Positions 1-11,200 of a stretch of DNA of 64,000 bases are shown in pieces. This stretch comes from an uncultured Pseudobdellovibrionaceae bacterium. GTDB taxonomy: Bacteria; Bdellovibrionota; Bdellovibrionia; Bdellovibrionales; UBA1609. The stretch is from positions 1 to 64,000 of the forward strand of contig CAWDNU010000004.1 of the NCBI GenBank assembly GCA_963803705.1, given 5' to 3'. The position numbers were made by a program, and so were the translations under genes. The notes under the pieces are model-generated. The model was not told where the DNA came from, did no database searches, and saw only the letters and a list, made by a program, of their open reading frames with translations. Numbering within the stretch: the first letter of the stretch is position 1; every line of letters starts with the position of its first letter.

Positions 1-1
1 T

Positions 2-163
2 CACGAAACAGCCCCGCCAACAGCAAACCTTGAAACACCCGGCGAAAACTGCAGGCTAGATTATATTCCCGGCTCTGCGCGCTCTGGTAAATTTAAATCA
101 GTGTTAAATAATAGTTTTGGATTTGGTGGAACGAACTGCAGCTTAATATTTTCTAAAATTTAG
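2..163 (+). CDS. fabF: 3' end of beta-ketoacyl-ACP synthase II (partial, runs off window)
   Basis: Frame from nt 2 reads HETAPPTANLETPGENCRLDYIP...SVLNNSFGFGGTNCSLIFSKI*, with the typical KAS C-terminal NSFGFGGTN motif. Confidence 0.88.
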   Translation, partial: HETAPPTANLETPGENCRLDYIPGSARSGKFKSVLNNSFGFGGTNCSLIFSKI

Positions 164-172
164 GAATTAGTT

Positions 173-628
173 ATGATAAACAAAATTGTTGTTGCTTCAG
201 ACCACGCAGGTTATGAGCTTAAAGAAAAACTTATCCTAAGGCTTAACGTAGACTTCAAAAGCTTAGAATCACCGGGGTTTGAAACCATAGACCTTGGAAC
301 AAATTCTTTAGAAAAAGTGGATTACCCGGATTATGCCAAAAGTGTATGCGAAAAGATTATTAGTTCAAAAGATCCTAAATCATTAGGTTTATTAATCTGC
401 GGCTCGGGACAAGGTATGGTCATGGCTGCGAACAAATTTAAGAATATAAGAGCAGCGCTTTGTTGGAGCCCAAGTGTTGCAAGACTAGCTAGACAGCACA
501 ATAATGCTAATATACTTTGTCTTAGCTCCAGAGAGATTGATGACGAATTAAATTACAAAATTCTAAAGGCTTTTTTGACCTCTACCTTTGAAGGCGGACG
601 TCACCAACTTAGAATTGATAAGATTTAA
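173..628 (+). CDS. rpiB: ribose-5-phosphate isomerase B
   Basis: ASDHAG, DYPD, ICGSGQG, ARQHNNAN and FEGGRH motifs. Confidence 0.96.
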   Translation: MINKIVVASDHAGYELKEKLILRLNVDFKSLESPGFETIDLGTNSLEKVDYPDYAKSVCEKIISSKDPKSLGLLICGSGQGMVMAANKFKNIRAALCWSPSVARLARQHNNANILCLSSREIDDELNYKILKAFLTSTFEGGRHQLRIDKI

Positions 629-648
629 CGCCCTATGAAATACCCTGC

Positions 649-995
649 GTTTATCGCATGCCTATGTTAATTTGCTTTTGATTTATTTATATGGATTTTA
701 ATTTTATATTTCTCTATAGGCTAAAAACGAGTTCTGTGGCGTGAAGAGTTGCTAAAAAATGTTTAATCGAAACACACTTCAAGCGAAACTCAACTCACAA
801 AACTTTATTACTAATTTAGGCCGTTGCAACTCAAATGCCACTGCTTGTTTGAGCTTTTTAGCCTATAGAGAAATATAAAATTAAAATCCATATAAATAAA
901 TCAAAATCAAATTAACATAGGCATAAATAAATCAAAATCAAATTAACATAGGCATAAATAAATCAAAATCAAATTAACATAGGCATGCGATAAAC
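649..995. repeat. giant intergenic palindrome 1: arms 649-727 and 855-995 around a 127-bp core; right arm has a 31-bp unit in 3 tandem copies (892-984)
   Basis: Arms are reverse complements with one mismatch once two extra ATAAATAAATCAAAATCAAATTAACATAGGC copies are removed; core starts CGAGTTCTGTGGC and ends TGCTTGTTTGAGC. Confidence 0.95.
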
Positions 996-1007
996 TAACA
1001 ATTTCAG

Positions 1008-2267
1008 GTGGTGTTAAAAATGAGAAGTGAAATGAATGAACTTAAGTCCTCAGATCCAGAAATTTCAGGTTTTATAAAACAAGAGTTTTTGCGCCAACAA
1101 GATGGCCTAGAGATGATAGCCTCGGAAAACTACACTTCAAAAGCCGTAATGGAAGCCCAAGGTTCCATACTCACTAATAAATACGCAGAGGGCTACCCTA
1201 AAAAAAGATATTATGGTGGATGTGAGTTCGTCGATGAAATAGAGCAGTTAGCCATCGACAGAGCTTGTGAGCTTTTTAAATGTGATCATGCTAACGTGCA
1301 GCCTCATGCGGGTTCACAAGCTAACATGGCTGTTTTCATGGCCGCACTTAAGCCAGGCGATACCATGATGGGTATGGATTTGTCCCAGGGTGGACACCTG
1401 ACTCATGGCTCGCCTGTTAACTTTTCTGGGCAGCTTTACGATATTGCAAGTTATGGAATCGACGAAAAAACTCATCTTTTAGATTATGACAAAGTGAAAG
1501 ATTTGGCTAAAAAATCAAAGCCTAAACTGATTATTGCAGGCTATAGTGCATATCCAAGATTTTTAGATTTCAAAATTTTTAAAGATATTGCAGATTCGGT
1601 GGGCGCCAAATTTCACGTGGACATGGCTCATTTCGCAGGGCTTGTAGCATCGGGGCATCACCCTACCCCTGTTGGCTACGCCGATTTTATAACCTCAACG
1701 ACCCACAAGACATTACGTGGACCTCGGGGTGGGATTATTCTGTGTAGCAAGGAGAATGCGAAGCTTGTAAACTCTAAAATTTTCCCTGGAATTCAAGGAG
1801 GCCCTCTAGAACATATTATTGCCGCTAAGGCTGTAGCTTTTAAGGAAGCACTTAATCCAGATTTTAAAGTGTATATCGAAAATGTAATACTAAACGCAAA
1901 GACTTTAGCTTCTGAGCTTATTCAAAAAGGTTATAATGTTGTAAGCGGTGGCACAGACAACCATTTATTATTGATCGATCTCAGAAATAAAAATGTAAAT
2001 GGTAAAGAAGCTGAAAGAGCGCTAGATTTGGCTGGAATTACAGTCAATAAAAACACTGTACCTAATGAGACCGAGAGCCCGTTTGTGACCAGCGGTATCC
2101 GAGTTGGGACCCCGGCCTTAACAACTAGAGGAATGGGAACAGATGAAATGGTCCAGATTGCGAAATGGATGGACCAAGTGCTTACTGACTTCAAAAATAT
2201 AGATTTGCTAAAAAAAGTGAAAGAGGAAGTACATGCTTTTACCAAAGATTTTCCTATATATGATTAG
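1008..2267 (+). CDS. glyA: serine hydroxymethyltransferase (true start probably ATG 1020 or 1032)
   Basis: [21 protein letters not shown] and [12 protein letters not shown] motifs. Confidence 0.98.
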   Translation: MVLKMRSEMNELKSSDPEISGFIKQEFLRQQDGLEMIASENYTSKAVMEAQGSILTNKYAEGYPKKRYYGGCEFVDEIEQLAIDRACELFKCDHANVQPHAGSQANMAVFMAALKPGDTMMGMDLSQGGHLTHGSPVNFSGQLYDIASYGIDEKTHLLDYDKVKDLAKKSKPKLIIAGYSAYPRFLDFKIFKDIADSVGAKFHVDMAHFAGLVASGHHPTPVGYADFITSTTHKTLRGPRGGIILCSKENAKLVNSKIFPGIQGGPLEHIIAAKAVAFKEALNPDFKVYIENVILNAKTLASELIQKGYNVVSGGTDNHLLLIDLRNKNVNGKEAERALDLAGITVNKNTVPNETESPFVTSGIRVGTPALTTRGMGTDEMVQIAKWMDQVLTDFKNIDLLKKVKEEVHAFTKDFPIYD

Positions 2268-2321
2268 TTGTAAGAATTACTGATGGCAAATGAAAGTTTG
2301 TACTTTAAACGGTGATCAAAC

Positions 2322-3062
2322 TTACTTTTTTAGCCAACCATCAAAGTTAATTTCAAAAGGATTTTTTAGTGGTTTTTGCTCAGTGGTTCCATATATCAAT
2401 TTAGCCTGGTCGGTTTTACAGTAGGTTCCCAAGGCCTTATCCCAAATATTCAGAACTCCGCCCATATTTTTGTCTATGTGGGACTTATAACAGCTATGGT
2501 GGATTCGATGATCGTTTGGACTTACAAAAATCTTATTTAAATGGCCCATGCCGATGTCCCTGTCTATATGAAGTAAGTGATTATAAATAAGAACTAAGTA
2601 TATATTGGAAAGCACTATTTCTGGACTAAATCCAATGATAACAGCCGGTGCATAGAAGATAGGATTTATTAAAAAAGCGAACCAAGACATTCTGTAAGCT
2701 GTGCTTAAGTTTAAAAAAAGAGAACTATGATGGACCTGGTGTATTTTCCAAAAAAAACTAAATTTATGTCCGACGTAGTGTTTTACATAATACAAAAAAT
2801 CGGTGATTAAAAAGCAAGCTAAAAATTTGAGTAGGAAAGGTAAAGCGAAGTTATCAACAACATCAGTTTGAGCCCAATTAAAAACATACAGTAAAAGATT
2901 AAGACCTATAAAATACTGAATACCGATAATTACCAAGTTACCAATTAGCATTTGGTAATTAAGTAGAAAGTCATCTAAACTTTGATCAGATCTTTTTAGA
3001 ATCATTTCTAAGCAGGTAAATAAAAATACAAGCCCTAGTCCTATATAGCTGTAAATTAGCAT
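2322..3062 (-). CDS. sterol desaturase / fatty acid hydroxylase family membrane protein
   Basis: His boxes HYVGH, HQVHHS and HRIHH; KNMGGVLNIWDKALGT C-terminal motif; hydrophobic segments. Confidence 0.88.
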   Translation of the reverse strand: MLIYSYIGLGLVFLFTCLEMILKRSDQSLDDFLLNYQMLIGNLVIIGIQYFIGLNLLLYVFNWAQTDVVDNFALPFLLKFLACFLITDFLYYVKHYVGHKFSFFWKIHQVHHSSLFLNLSTAYRMSWFAFLINPIFYAPAVIIGFSPEIVLSNIYLVLIYNHLLHIDRDIGMGHLNKIFVSPNDHRIHHSCYKSHIDKNMGGVLNIWDKALGTYCKTDQAKLIYGTTEQKPLKNPFEINFDGWLKK

Positions 3063-3228
3063 ACTATAAGCTTACTGTTTTTTTGAAGATTTTGTAATTA
3101 CAAAAGATACCAAAATTTGAAATATAAAATTATTATGTTCCATATAAACCGCTTAAAAATTTAAAATTGTAGCTTAATGCAAGTTACAATTACGGTTTGT
3201 GTCGTGAGAAATATTATTAAAATCAAGG

Positions 3229-3353
3229 GGGCCTGTTGAAAAAGCATCATCTTCGTTGTTGCCTTCGCTTAAATCTCATTCGACGTAGATAAACTACGAC
3301 TCATTCGATTTTAAGCTTGGACGCCTAGAATCTAATACTTTTTCAACAGGCCC
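3229..3353. mobile_element. 125-bp MITE-like element with 16-bp perfect terminal inverted repeats
   Basis: GGGCCTGTTGAAAAAG (3229-3244) and CTTTTTCAACAGGCCC (3338-3353); internal hairpin CGTAG-ataaa-CTACG; no ORF. Confidence 0.75.
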
Positions 3354-3383
3354 AAGGGATAAATATTCACCTAATAATTAATG

Positions 3384-3989
3384 TTAATTAATTAAGATAT
3401 TTTGAAGTTTTTCCATGTCCCCATCTACTGGGTTACCCAACCAAACAGAGAAAACGTCTTTCAAAAAGCCTTTAGGTCCTTGAATTTTCTTTTTAAGCGA
3501 GCTCATCACCAGGAAAAGTTGATCTTGATTTTTTCCTTCATGACCTATCAAGTACACAATCTGATTTTTTTTAATCTTATTAGCAGAGATCAAACTTAGG
3601 AATTCAACTTGAGCTTTAGTGGTAGGGTCAACACTGTTTTTTTCGTAAGAAACAACCATGGCCTCTTTTAGCTTTTTTCCACTAAAGCTTCTCATCGGGG
3701 TTATTTTAATGGCTTTGCTTTTTAAAGCTAAAATCTTGGATGCGTTCTTTACAGTTACAAATTCTGGATCGACATAAAGTTTTGCTTTATAAACATTTAT
3801 ATTAAATAATGCCACTCTCTTATGCCTAATGCCTTCTGTTTTCCCACTTAAAGACAGGTTTGTTTCACTATCTGTTGTCAAAGTCAGAGAAGTGCCAGAA
3901 TCATTTATTTCCATTGCATTCGAAAAGCTGAAGGTTAGAAATATCAAAGGTATGCTGAGTAAAGTTGATCTAGTAATTGACGAAATCAT
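3384..3989 (-). CDS. chalcone isomerase-like periplasmic protein
   Basis: Signal peptide; GIRHKRVALFNINVYKAKLY and VFSVWLGNPVD match the bacterial chalcone-isomerase-like fold pattern. Confidence 0.75.
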   Translation of the reverse strand: MISSITRSTLLSIPLIFLTFSFSNAMEINDSGTSLTLTTDSETNLSLSGKTEGIRHKRVALFNINVYKAKLYVDPEFVTVKNASKILALKSKAIKITPMRSFSGKKLKEAMVVSYEKNSVDPTTKAQVEFLSLISANKIKKNQIVYLIGHEGKNQDQLFLVMSSLKKKIQGPKGFLKDVFSVWLGNPVDGDMEKLQNILIN

Positions 3990-4026
3990 AGTAAACTCCT
4001 AAAAAATAATTTAACATTAGTCTGTT

Positions 4027-4527
4027 ATGTTGCTGCTCAGAAAACAACTTCTTTTTATACATATTCTGTTTTTAACAAACTGTATTCAAACATCTGAAAC
4101 TTCTTATAATGAACCTGCTTTTAAATCGATGACGGCTTGGTCAGCCCCGGTAAATGCTAACGTTACTTTGACCCAAAGATTTAGACCCCCTAAAAACCCC
4201 AGACACAAAGGTATAGACCTAGCGGGTAAAAGAAATCAGTCCATATTTGCAGTAAATAACGGAGTTGTGACATACAGGGGTCAAAAATTTAGAGGCTACG
4301 GAAAAATGGTACTGATTGAGCATGGCGACGGCTGGTCTACCCTGTATTCTCATTTAAGCAAATATAATGTCAGGGATGGACAAAGGGTAACTACAGGCCA
4401 AACTATAGGGTTTATGGGGCGCAGTGGACGCGCATCAGGAGTTCACCTGCACTTTGAAATTTACAAAAACAAGATACCTTTAGATCCACTTAAAGTTATT
4501 AATATGAGATACAAAACTAGACGTTAG
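4027..4527 (+). CDS. M23 family metallopeptidase (possible lipoprotein)
   Basis: HKGID, YSHL and HLHFEI motifs. Confidence 0.93.
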   Translation: MLLLRKQLLFIHILFLTNCIQTSETSYNEPAFKSMTAWSAPVNANVTLTQRFRPPKNPRHKGIDLAGKRNQSIFAVNNGVVTYRGQKFRGYGKMVLIEHGDGWSTLYSHLSKYNVRDGQRVTTGQTIGFMGRSGRASGVHLHFEIYKNKIPLDPLKVINMRYKTRR

Positions 4528-4559
4528 TGGTGGTTAGACTGTTTTTCGCTAGTAGCAAA

Positions 4560-5291
4560 TCAGCCAACTAAAATTATGTGGTTATCTTTAGTGTTTACTT
4601 TCATAAGATCGCTACGACGTAGTCCTAAGTTTACAAAGTCTATCTGAGATTCCATTTTTTCTAAAATCTTCATCTGATTATAAATTTTATTTACTTCTTT
4701 ACGTACAAAATTTAAAATTTGTCTTTTGTATTTTGGCTTCAGTGATAGAAATTTTACACTAAAAGTCTCGCTTTCATTTTGACCATTAACGATACTTAGT
4801 TTATCTGTTCTTAAAATTTCTGCAGATGCGTTAAAAGATTTTAGCTTCAGTTTTGCCTGAAATGGGAAGTGTATTTTGACTTTATCTTTCGTTTTCAATT
4901 TTCCAAAAGGTAACTCAATTCTACAACCACCGGCACTTAACTGCTTACACTTACCTTGGATGATCTCGCCGTCATTAATAATAACAACTGGTGAACTTTC
5001 CAATTCAATACGCACATGTGACCTAATTCTTTGATAGTCGCTTCTAGGACTGTAGGTTGATAAGAAAGCGTCGACTTTTTTAGAGGAAAAACAACCCAAT
5101 TCGGTCATTTTGACCCACTGATCGTGCTCGTTTGTTCTAACAAACTGATGTCTTGTCAGACTTTTGTTTTGAAGCATTAAACATAGTTCTGGATAACTGT
5201 ACGGACCCAGCCACCTTTGCCCGCATCTTAGGTGCCAAATTTGACTAAGTAGTTTAATTTCATCAGATGTAAGGTATATTTGCATAGACAT
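4560..5291 (-). CDS. GYF(DUF4339)-like plus PilZ domain protein
   Basis: N-terminal WLGPYS...W GYF-like pattern; PilZ-like RSHVR and QLSAGG motifs. Confidence 0.7.
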   Translation of the reverse strand: MSMQIYLTSDEIKLLSQIWHLRCGQRWLGPYSYPELCLMLQNKSLTRHQFVRTNEHDQWVKMTELGCFSSKKVDAFLSTYSPRSDYQRIRSHVRIELESSPVVIINDGEIIQGKCKQLSAGGCRIELPFGKLKTKDKVKIHFPFQAKLKLKSFNASAEILRTDKLSIVNGQNESETFSVKFLSLKPKYKRQILNFVRKEVNKIYNQMKILEKMESQIDFVNLGLRRSDLMKVNTKDNHIILVG

Positions 5292-5492
5292 TATTCCCGC
5301 TAATAGACTTTTATCGGCTTTTAAGCGGCCCCACTTAAGCCAATTTCATTTTGAGACGCCTTATTTAGCTGAGGTCTAATTTCGCCCGGTGTCTTTATCT
5401 ATTTTAGTTGTTTTTACCGGCTAATTTAGTAGCCTAAGCAAAATTTTGGACTTTTCCAAGAATTTGTAAATGTCTTTCCGAGGGGGAATCTC

Positions 5493-6407
5493 ATGACATT
5501 TTTACTTCAATTTATTACTTCTGCTCTATTTATCAGTATTCTAACTGGCACACAGGCCGAAGCACAGATAGTTCCTAAAGCAGCCTCACAGACTAGCTTA
5601 GATTGGGACGCCGTTAACTCTTCATTTGTTACTATAGTAGATGAACACACCATGACTTACGACTTTCTAGAAAGTGGTCTAGTCCTTGTAGATAAATCGA
5701 AGTCTAACTTGTCTGAAGGAAACTTTAATGTTGGGTTTAACTTTGAATCTACAGACTTAGATTTACTAAGCTCAATGACTCCCCAAAAAATGTCCCTGGT
5801 TGGCTCAATTGGTATAAGAACAACCGCTGACACTGGCTCATTTAAGAGAGTAGATTTCGATGTGTCGATTGAACTTCAAAGTGACGTTTTACTAGTTCTT
5901 AATCATGTTAATCAGCTTTTTTCTGAATGTCCTGCTCAAGACCTCACGGACCTCTTTGAAGTCGAATTGTGTAAATATATTGAAGGTGTAGAGAACGCAA
6001 CCGAAGTTGTCGAGTTAAAAAGTGCTCTTGAATCTTTAAAAAACGCCCTAGTATTATTACTGCCTGCTGGGCCGCCGACTAACACTATCGAAGACCAGCT
6101 TTTTCTTATCATAAGACAGTTGAACGTGGTTCAGCAGGCCAATTCAGTGTTGGTGTCCACTGTAGCTAACGGTATTGATCTTTTTGGTATGGAGTTAAGT
6201 GGTGACGTAAGGCTAAATTTTACTGACACAGGAATTAAATTGCAGGTCATAGGTGCAACCCTATTATCCAGTTCCGATTATGATCTTTATCTAAATGAGC
6301 TTGAAAAATCTTTATTAGGTATTCAACAGAAAGATGCTAATACTTTCGACATTCTGTACAGTTACACGTTTGGTGTTTTTGATCTTCTAGAAGGGATTTT
6401 TCTGTAA
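5493..6407 (+). CDS. hypothetical secreted acidic protein
   Basis: 304-aa ORF with SD (GAGGGGG) and signal peptide ending AEA. Confidence 0.7.
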   Translation: MTFLLQFITSALFISILTGTQAEAQIVPKAASQTSLDWDAVNSSFVTIVDEHTMTYDFLESGLVLVDKSKSNLSEGNFNVGFNFESTDLDLLSSMTPQKMSLVGSIGIRTTADTGSFKRVDFDVSIELQSDVLLVLNHVNQLFSECPAQDLTDLFEVELCKYIEGVENATEVVELKSALESLKNALVLLLPAGPPTNTIEDQLFLIIRQLNVVQQANSVLVSTVANGIDLFGMELSGDVRLNFTDTGIKLQVIGATLLSSSDYDLYLNELEKSLLGIQQKDANTFDILYSYTFGVFDLLEGIFL

Positions 6408-6461
6408 ATGTATTGTTTTCCTTAAAGAGTTTATATAAGTTAGAATCATATTTGAAATATT

Positions 6462-6537
6462 GCGGGGTTAGCTCAGTTGGTAGAGCACCAGCTCGACATG
6501 TTGGTGGTCAGAGGTTCGAGTCCTCTACTCCGCACCA
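6462..6537 (+). tRNA. tRNA-Val (GAC)
   Basis: Acceptor GCGGGGT/ACTCCGC, D-arm GCTCAGTTGGTAGAGC, anticodon stem CCAGC/GTTGG with loop TC-GAC-AT, GGTTCGAGTCC T-arm, encoded CCA. Confidence 0.96.
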
Positions 6538-6691
6538 TTTAAGTGCATAAAATTAAGATCTGGATGAACACACCGCCTTCACTAAAATTTTTAAGATCTA
6601 ACGTAATATATTTATCTTCCTGTACATAAAGGTCACTGTCACAACACCATTTGCTCTTACTTTTCGACTTAAGAAGACATCACACGGTAAC

Positions 6692-7390
6692 TCAAATAGA
6701 GGTGATCTTTTTATTAAAGTTAGAAAACCAAGTCTCGAAAAATTCACAAGTAGTAGTTGAAACCCCTTCATTTTGCAAAGAAGTAACGTTCATTTCTTTT
6801 TGACCGCAAATATCAAACTTTTTAAACTTTGCTAGATCATTTTTTATATTCAAAGAAATACCATGGCTAACCCAACCTTTACTATAATTTAGACCAACGG
6901 AGGCTATCTTTTTGTTATTAAAATAAACTCCTACCTGTTTACAACTATCAGTCTGAGACTTTAAACCGTAAGTATCAAAGCAAGTCTGGGACACATCAAG
7001 CAAAAGTTTTACATAATCTTTCAATGATAATTTTAAAAATTTTATATTTAGAATCGGATAAATCACCAACTGCCCAGGGTTATGCAGAGTCAATTTTCCG
7101 CCCCTTGAAGTTTTGTGAATATTCTGGAAGTCCTTTAACCAATAATCAAGATCAGTATTCCACAGGGATCTACCAGCGCTTAGAACTTCAAAATGTTCAC
7201 AACCGATAACAGTTGCCTGATGATGATTTAGTTCTTGCAGCGCTCTAGTTTGTAACTCACAACCTTTTTCTATAGTTAACAGATTAACCCAATTAGAAGT
7301 CACTAAATAACTGTGTTCATGATACTCGGCAGGCTTGTCGGTTGAAGCGCTAAAAAAACTATTTGAAAGATCATCTAACAAGCTATTCAA
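6692..7390 (-). CDS. lipB: lipoyl(octanoyl) transferase
   Basis: CEH, RGGKLTLHNPGQLVIYP, KIASVG and HGISLN motifs. Confidence 0.92.
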   Translation of the reverse strand: MNSLLDDLSNSFFSASTDKPAEYHEHSYLVTSNWVNLLTIEKGCELQTRALQELNHHQATVIGCEHFEVLSAGRSLWNTDLDYWLKDFQNIHKTSRGGKLTLHNPGQLVIYPILNIKFLKLSLKDYVKLLLDVSQTCFDTYGLKSQTDSCKQVGVYFNNKKIASVGLNYSKGWVSHGISLNIKNDLAKFKKFDICGQKEMNVTSLQNEGVSTTTCEFFETWFSNFNKKITSI

Positions 7391-8282
7391 TTATCAAATC
7401 CTTACCAATCACCGGTTTAAAAGTTATGACCTTATCATTAAGGATACAGTCGTAAGGACCGTTAATATAATCTAAATCTTTAAGTTGTGAGAAAGGGTTT
7501 TTGGCTACCTTCAAGCGAAAAGTGTACTTCTTGTTCTCGAAAAATATCAACGAGATCTTAGAAGAATCTACTTTTAAAGATTCAGTTATTTTTTCTTTAA
7601 TTAAGTTGAGCTCGTCTATGTTAAGCTCATTTTTAAAAACAATTAAATAACTATTTTTAGATACATCTGTCATTTCTAGATTTTCATCTTCATGCTTATT
7701 TACATTAATACTTGAAGCGTAAGGTCTAAAGTTGTCAGCTAGCGACTGTGAAGCCGTGCTTGGTATAAAAACAAATTTCATCTGCCCATCTTCGATTTTA
7801 TAGAAACTGACGCCGCTAAGCTCGAAGTCTTGTTTGTCATTAGAATTTAAAATAAGATTTCCGAACATCACGTAATGATCATTAAATTTCGATATATCAT
7901 TTTTGGTGACTGGTTTAAATACATATTTCAAGTCATAGCTTTCTAGAACAAAGTCTTGCTGCATTTTTTTAAGAATCATCTTAAAAGTTTTGGAAATTTT
8001 AGGCCTCTTGCTTGTCCACCAATCATATGACTTTAGAGAATTTTTTTCAGTCAAACGTATTCTAGGAATAATCAAGATTTCTTTTAAACTTTTAGGCTCT
8101 TTCTCTTCTTCGCTCTCAAAGGAGTTTTGGTTCTTTTCACTTATTTGATCTGGATCTAAGTTCATCTGAGAGGCTTTGCAATTTAGACAAAAAAGACAAA
8201 GAAAGACGACGGCTGAAGCAGGTAACACTAGCTGAAAAATTAAAGCTTCTATTCCAAAATTATTTCTTAATTTAAGTTCCAA
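7383..8282 (-). CDS. hypothetical protein (N-terminal hydrophobic segment)
   Basis: 299-aa ORF overlapping the dnaE stop and lipB start. Confidence 0.6.
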   Translation of the reverse strand: MELKLRNNFGIEALIFQLVLPASAVVFLCLFCLNCKASQMNLDPDQISEKNQNSFESEEEKEPKSLKEILIIPRIRLTEKNSLKSYDWWTSKRPKISKTFKMILKKMQQDFVLESYDLKYVFKPVTKNDISKFNDHYVMFGNLILNSNDKQDFELSGVSFYKIEDGQMKFVFIPSTASQSLADNFRPYASSINVNKHEDENLEMTDVSKNSYLIVFKNELNIDELNLIKEKITESLKVDSSKISLIFFENKKYTFRLKVAKNPFSQLKDLDYINGPYDCILNDKVITFKPVIGKDLIIE

Positions 8283-11200
8283 GTTCGAAGCTCATGTCGT
8301 TTATATCCATTAACCCACCAACTTTTTGTATAAATTCAAGCTCGGGTAATATTTTGCTATCACCAGCTTTGATAATATAGTTTTTGTCCAAAGTCTCTGA
8401 AATTATTTGGAAATAAACTTGGGTGGGTCCTGGGTATTGGCTGAATAAATTCTGAAAATCTTTGATTTTATTTATTAGGTCGGACTCGGGCAATTTAAAC
8501 ATGATTTTAGTTTTTCTGGAAAGCTCTTTATGAATTGGTCTGACATCTGATACAAACATTTTTTTCTGGTTCTCTTCGACCTCCAGGTTTCCGGTAAAAA
8601 TCATTGGCACGTCAATATCAAGCTGATTTTTATACCTATCGAAAGCATCTGGAAATACGATAGCTTCAAATGATTCAAATTGATTTTCGATCTGAAGAAA
8701 GGCCATACGTGTACCTTTTTTAGTAATAATCTCGCGCTTAGAGCTTATCAGTCCGGGCCACTCAACAAATTCTTTTTTTGTCTTTTCATCTGTGAAGGTC
8801 TTTACTTCAAATAAGTAATTAACGCCGTCTAACGGGTGGCCGCTCAGATAAAAACCTAGAACTTCTTTTTCATTCTGCAAAGTTAGTTTTGTAGGATATG
8901 GATCTAGTCTGGGAATTTCTATGGGCTGATCTAACTCTTTGTTTTCGGCAAACAAGTTGAACTGGCCGACTTCTTTGTCTTTTCTTTCGCGCTCTTGTGA
9001 TTCTATAAATATCGTATATCCCTCTAAAATTTCTCTTCTATTAAAGCCGAACTCATCAAATGCACCGGCCTTGGCCAAACTTTCAATAGTTTTTTTGTTA
9101 ACTCTTCTTAAGTCAATTTTTGAAAAAAATTGTTCAAGACTTATAAACTTTTGATCGGGCAACTCGGACCTGGCCTCCACTATAGCATCAACAGCAGCGC
9201 CACCTACACCTTTTACAGCTCCTAAAGAAAAGATGATATCTTCACTATCCACAGTAAAGTGATAGTTAGACAGATTTACACTTGGCGGCTTTATCTTAAT
9301 ACCCTTCTTGAAAGCGTCCTTAGAGTATTTGACCACATTGTCAGTATTGCTCATTTCAGTGCTAAGTAGCGCAGATAAAAATTCAACTGGGTAATAGTGT
9401 TTTAGCCAAGCGGTTTGTGCGGAAATAACACAGTAAGCCGCCGCATGAGATTTATTAAAGCCGTACTTAGCAAATTCAGCCATAAGTTCAAAAAGCTGAT
9501 TAGCTTTTTTGACATCATGATTGTTGTCATTTGCTCCTTTCAAGAACCTCTCTTTTTGCATTTCCATTTCAGATGCAATCTTTTTTCCCATGGCCCGTCT
9601 AAGCATATCTGCTTCGCCAAGACTATAATTTGCGATTTTTGCGGCAATCAATTGCACTTGCTCTTGATAGACTATAATTCCGTAAGTTTCTTCTAATACA
9701 GATTCAAGTTCAGGAAAAAGGTACTTAACTTTAACGTCACCTTGCTTACGCTTTAAATACTCTGGAATCATCTCCATTGGACCTGGACGGTACAAGGCTG
9801 TGATCGCAACCAAATCCTCGAAGCGACTGGGCTTAGCCTTAGTGATTAAACTTGTGATTCCACCGCCCTCGAACTGAAAAACACCAGCGGTGTCCCCTTT
9901 TTGCATGAGCTCGTAAATGCCAGGATCACTCATAGAAATTTGTGTTGGATTAATTTTTTTATTTCTATTTTTTTCAATCAATTTAAAAGTGTTTTGAATA
10001 TGGGTCAGCGTTTTTAAACCTAAAAAATCGAATTTTATAAGTCCAATCTTTTCGGCGTGTTTCATATCATACTGAACTACGTTTTCATTATCACTGCCTA
10101 TGTAGAGAGGTGCGTGGTCCACAATCTTTCCGTCGGCAATAATAACACCAGCAGCATGAATCCCAGCGTGTCGGACCAATCCCTCTATTTTTAGGGCCAT
10201 ATCTAGTAATGTTTTGACCTTAGGGTCCTGTTCGAAAAGTTCTTGAAATCTGGGTTCGGACTCTAAGGCCTCGGATATTGTGATTCCTAACTTTTCTGGG
10301 ACGAGTTTACATATATGATTAACTTCAGTGAAGGAAAACCCTAGTACTCGTCCCACGTCTCTGATTGCAGCTCTAGTTTGTAATTTACCGTAGGTTATAA
10401 TTTGAGACACACTTTCAGGGCTATACTTTTCAGTTACGTATCGGATAACTTCTGGTCTTCGCTCTTGACAGAAATCAATATCAAAATCAGGCATGCTAAT
10501 ACGTTCAGGGTTCAAAAATCGTTCAAAAATCAGATTATTTTTTATTGGGTCTAGATCCGTTATCTGCAAACTGTAGGCAACTAAGGATCCAGCACCTGAA
10601 CCCCGCCCGGGTCCAACTGGTATATCATTGTCTTTTGACCAACCTATAAAGTCTTGGACTATTAAAAAATAGCCGTTAAATCCCATTTGATCGATAACCT
10701 TGAGCTCAAAATTAAGCCGCTCAAAATATTTTGAGCGCTCATCATCTTGGAATTCACCTCGAGCTTTTAGCTCTATAAAGCGTTCTTCCAGTCCCACGGA
10801 GGTCACATGGGCAAGCTCTTCACCTTCGGTGCGCCCCTCAGTGGTTGAAAAAGAAGGTAGGTGATAAATAGGCTGACCCTTATCGCTTACAGTTTTTATT
10901 TCAAGCTGACACCGATTAGCAATCTCTAAGGTATTTAGTACGAGCTCAGAGGTGTGCTTGAAAAGATCATTCATCTGATCTGAAGACTTAAAGTAGAATT
11001 GATCTGAGCCTAGTTTCTTCCTGGATTCATCTTGCAGAGTTTTATTAGTACCTATACAAACTAAAATCTCTTGGGCTATTTGGTCTTCTGGATTTAGATA
11101 GTAAGTGTTATTAGAGCCAACAAGTGGCAGCGATAGTTCTTTGCTAAAAAGTTTAAGGTTTTTATGAAACTCAGTTTCGTAGCTTAGCCCATGGGTATTC

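Noticed and set aside
892..984. 31-bp repeats as CRISPR repeats or iterons
   Set aside because: Directly tandem with no spacers, part of a palindrome arm, and no rep or cas gene nearby
6462..6691. tRNA-Val as an integration site
   Set aside because: No integrase, and no duplicated tRNA 3' end seen in the window
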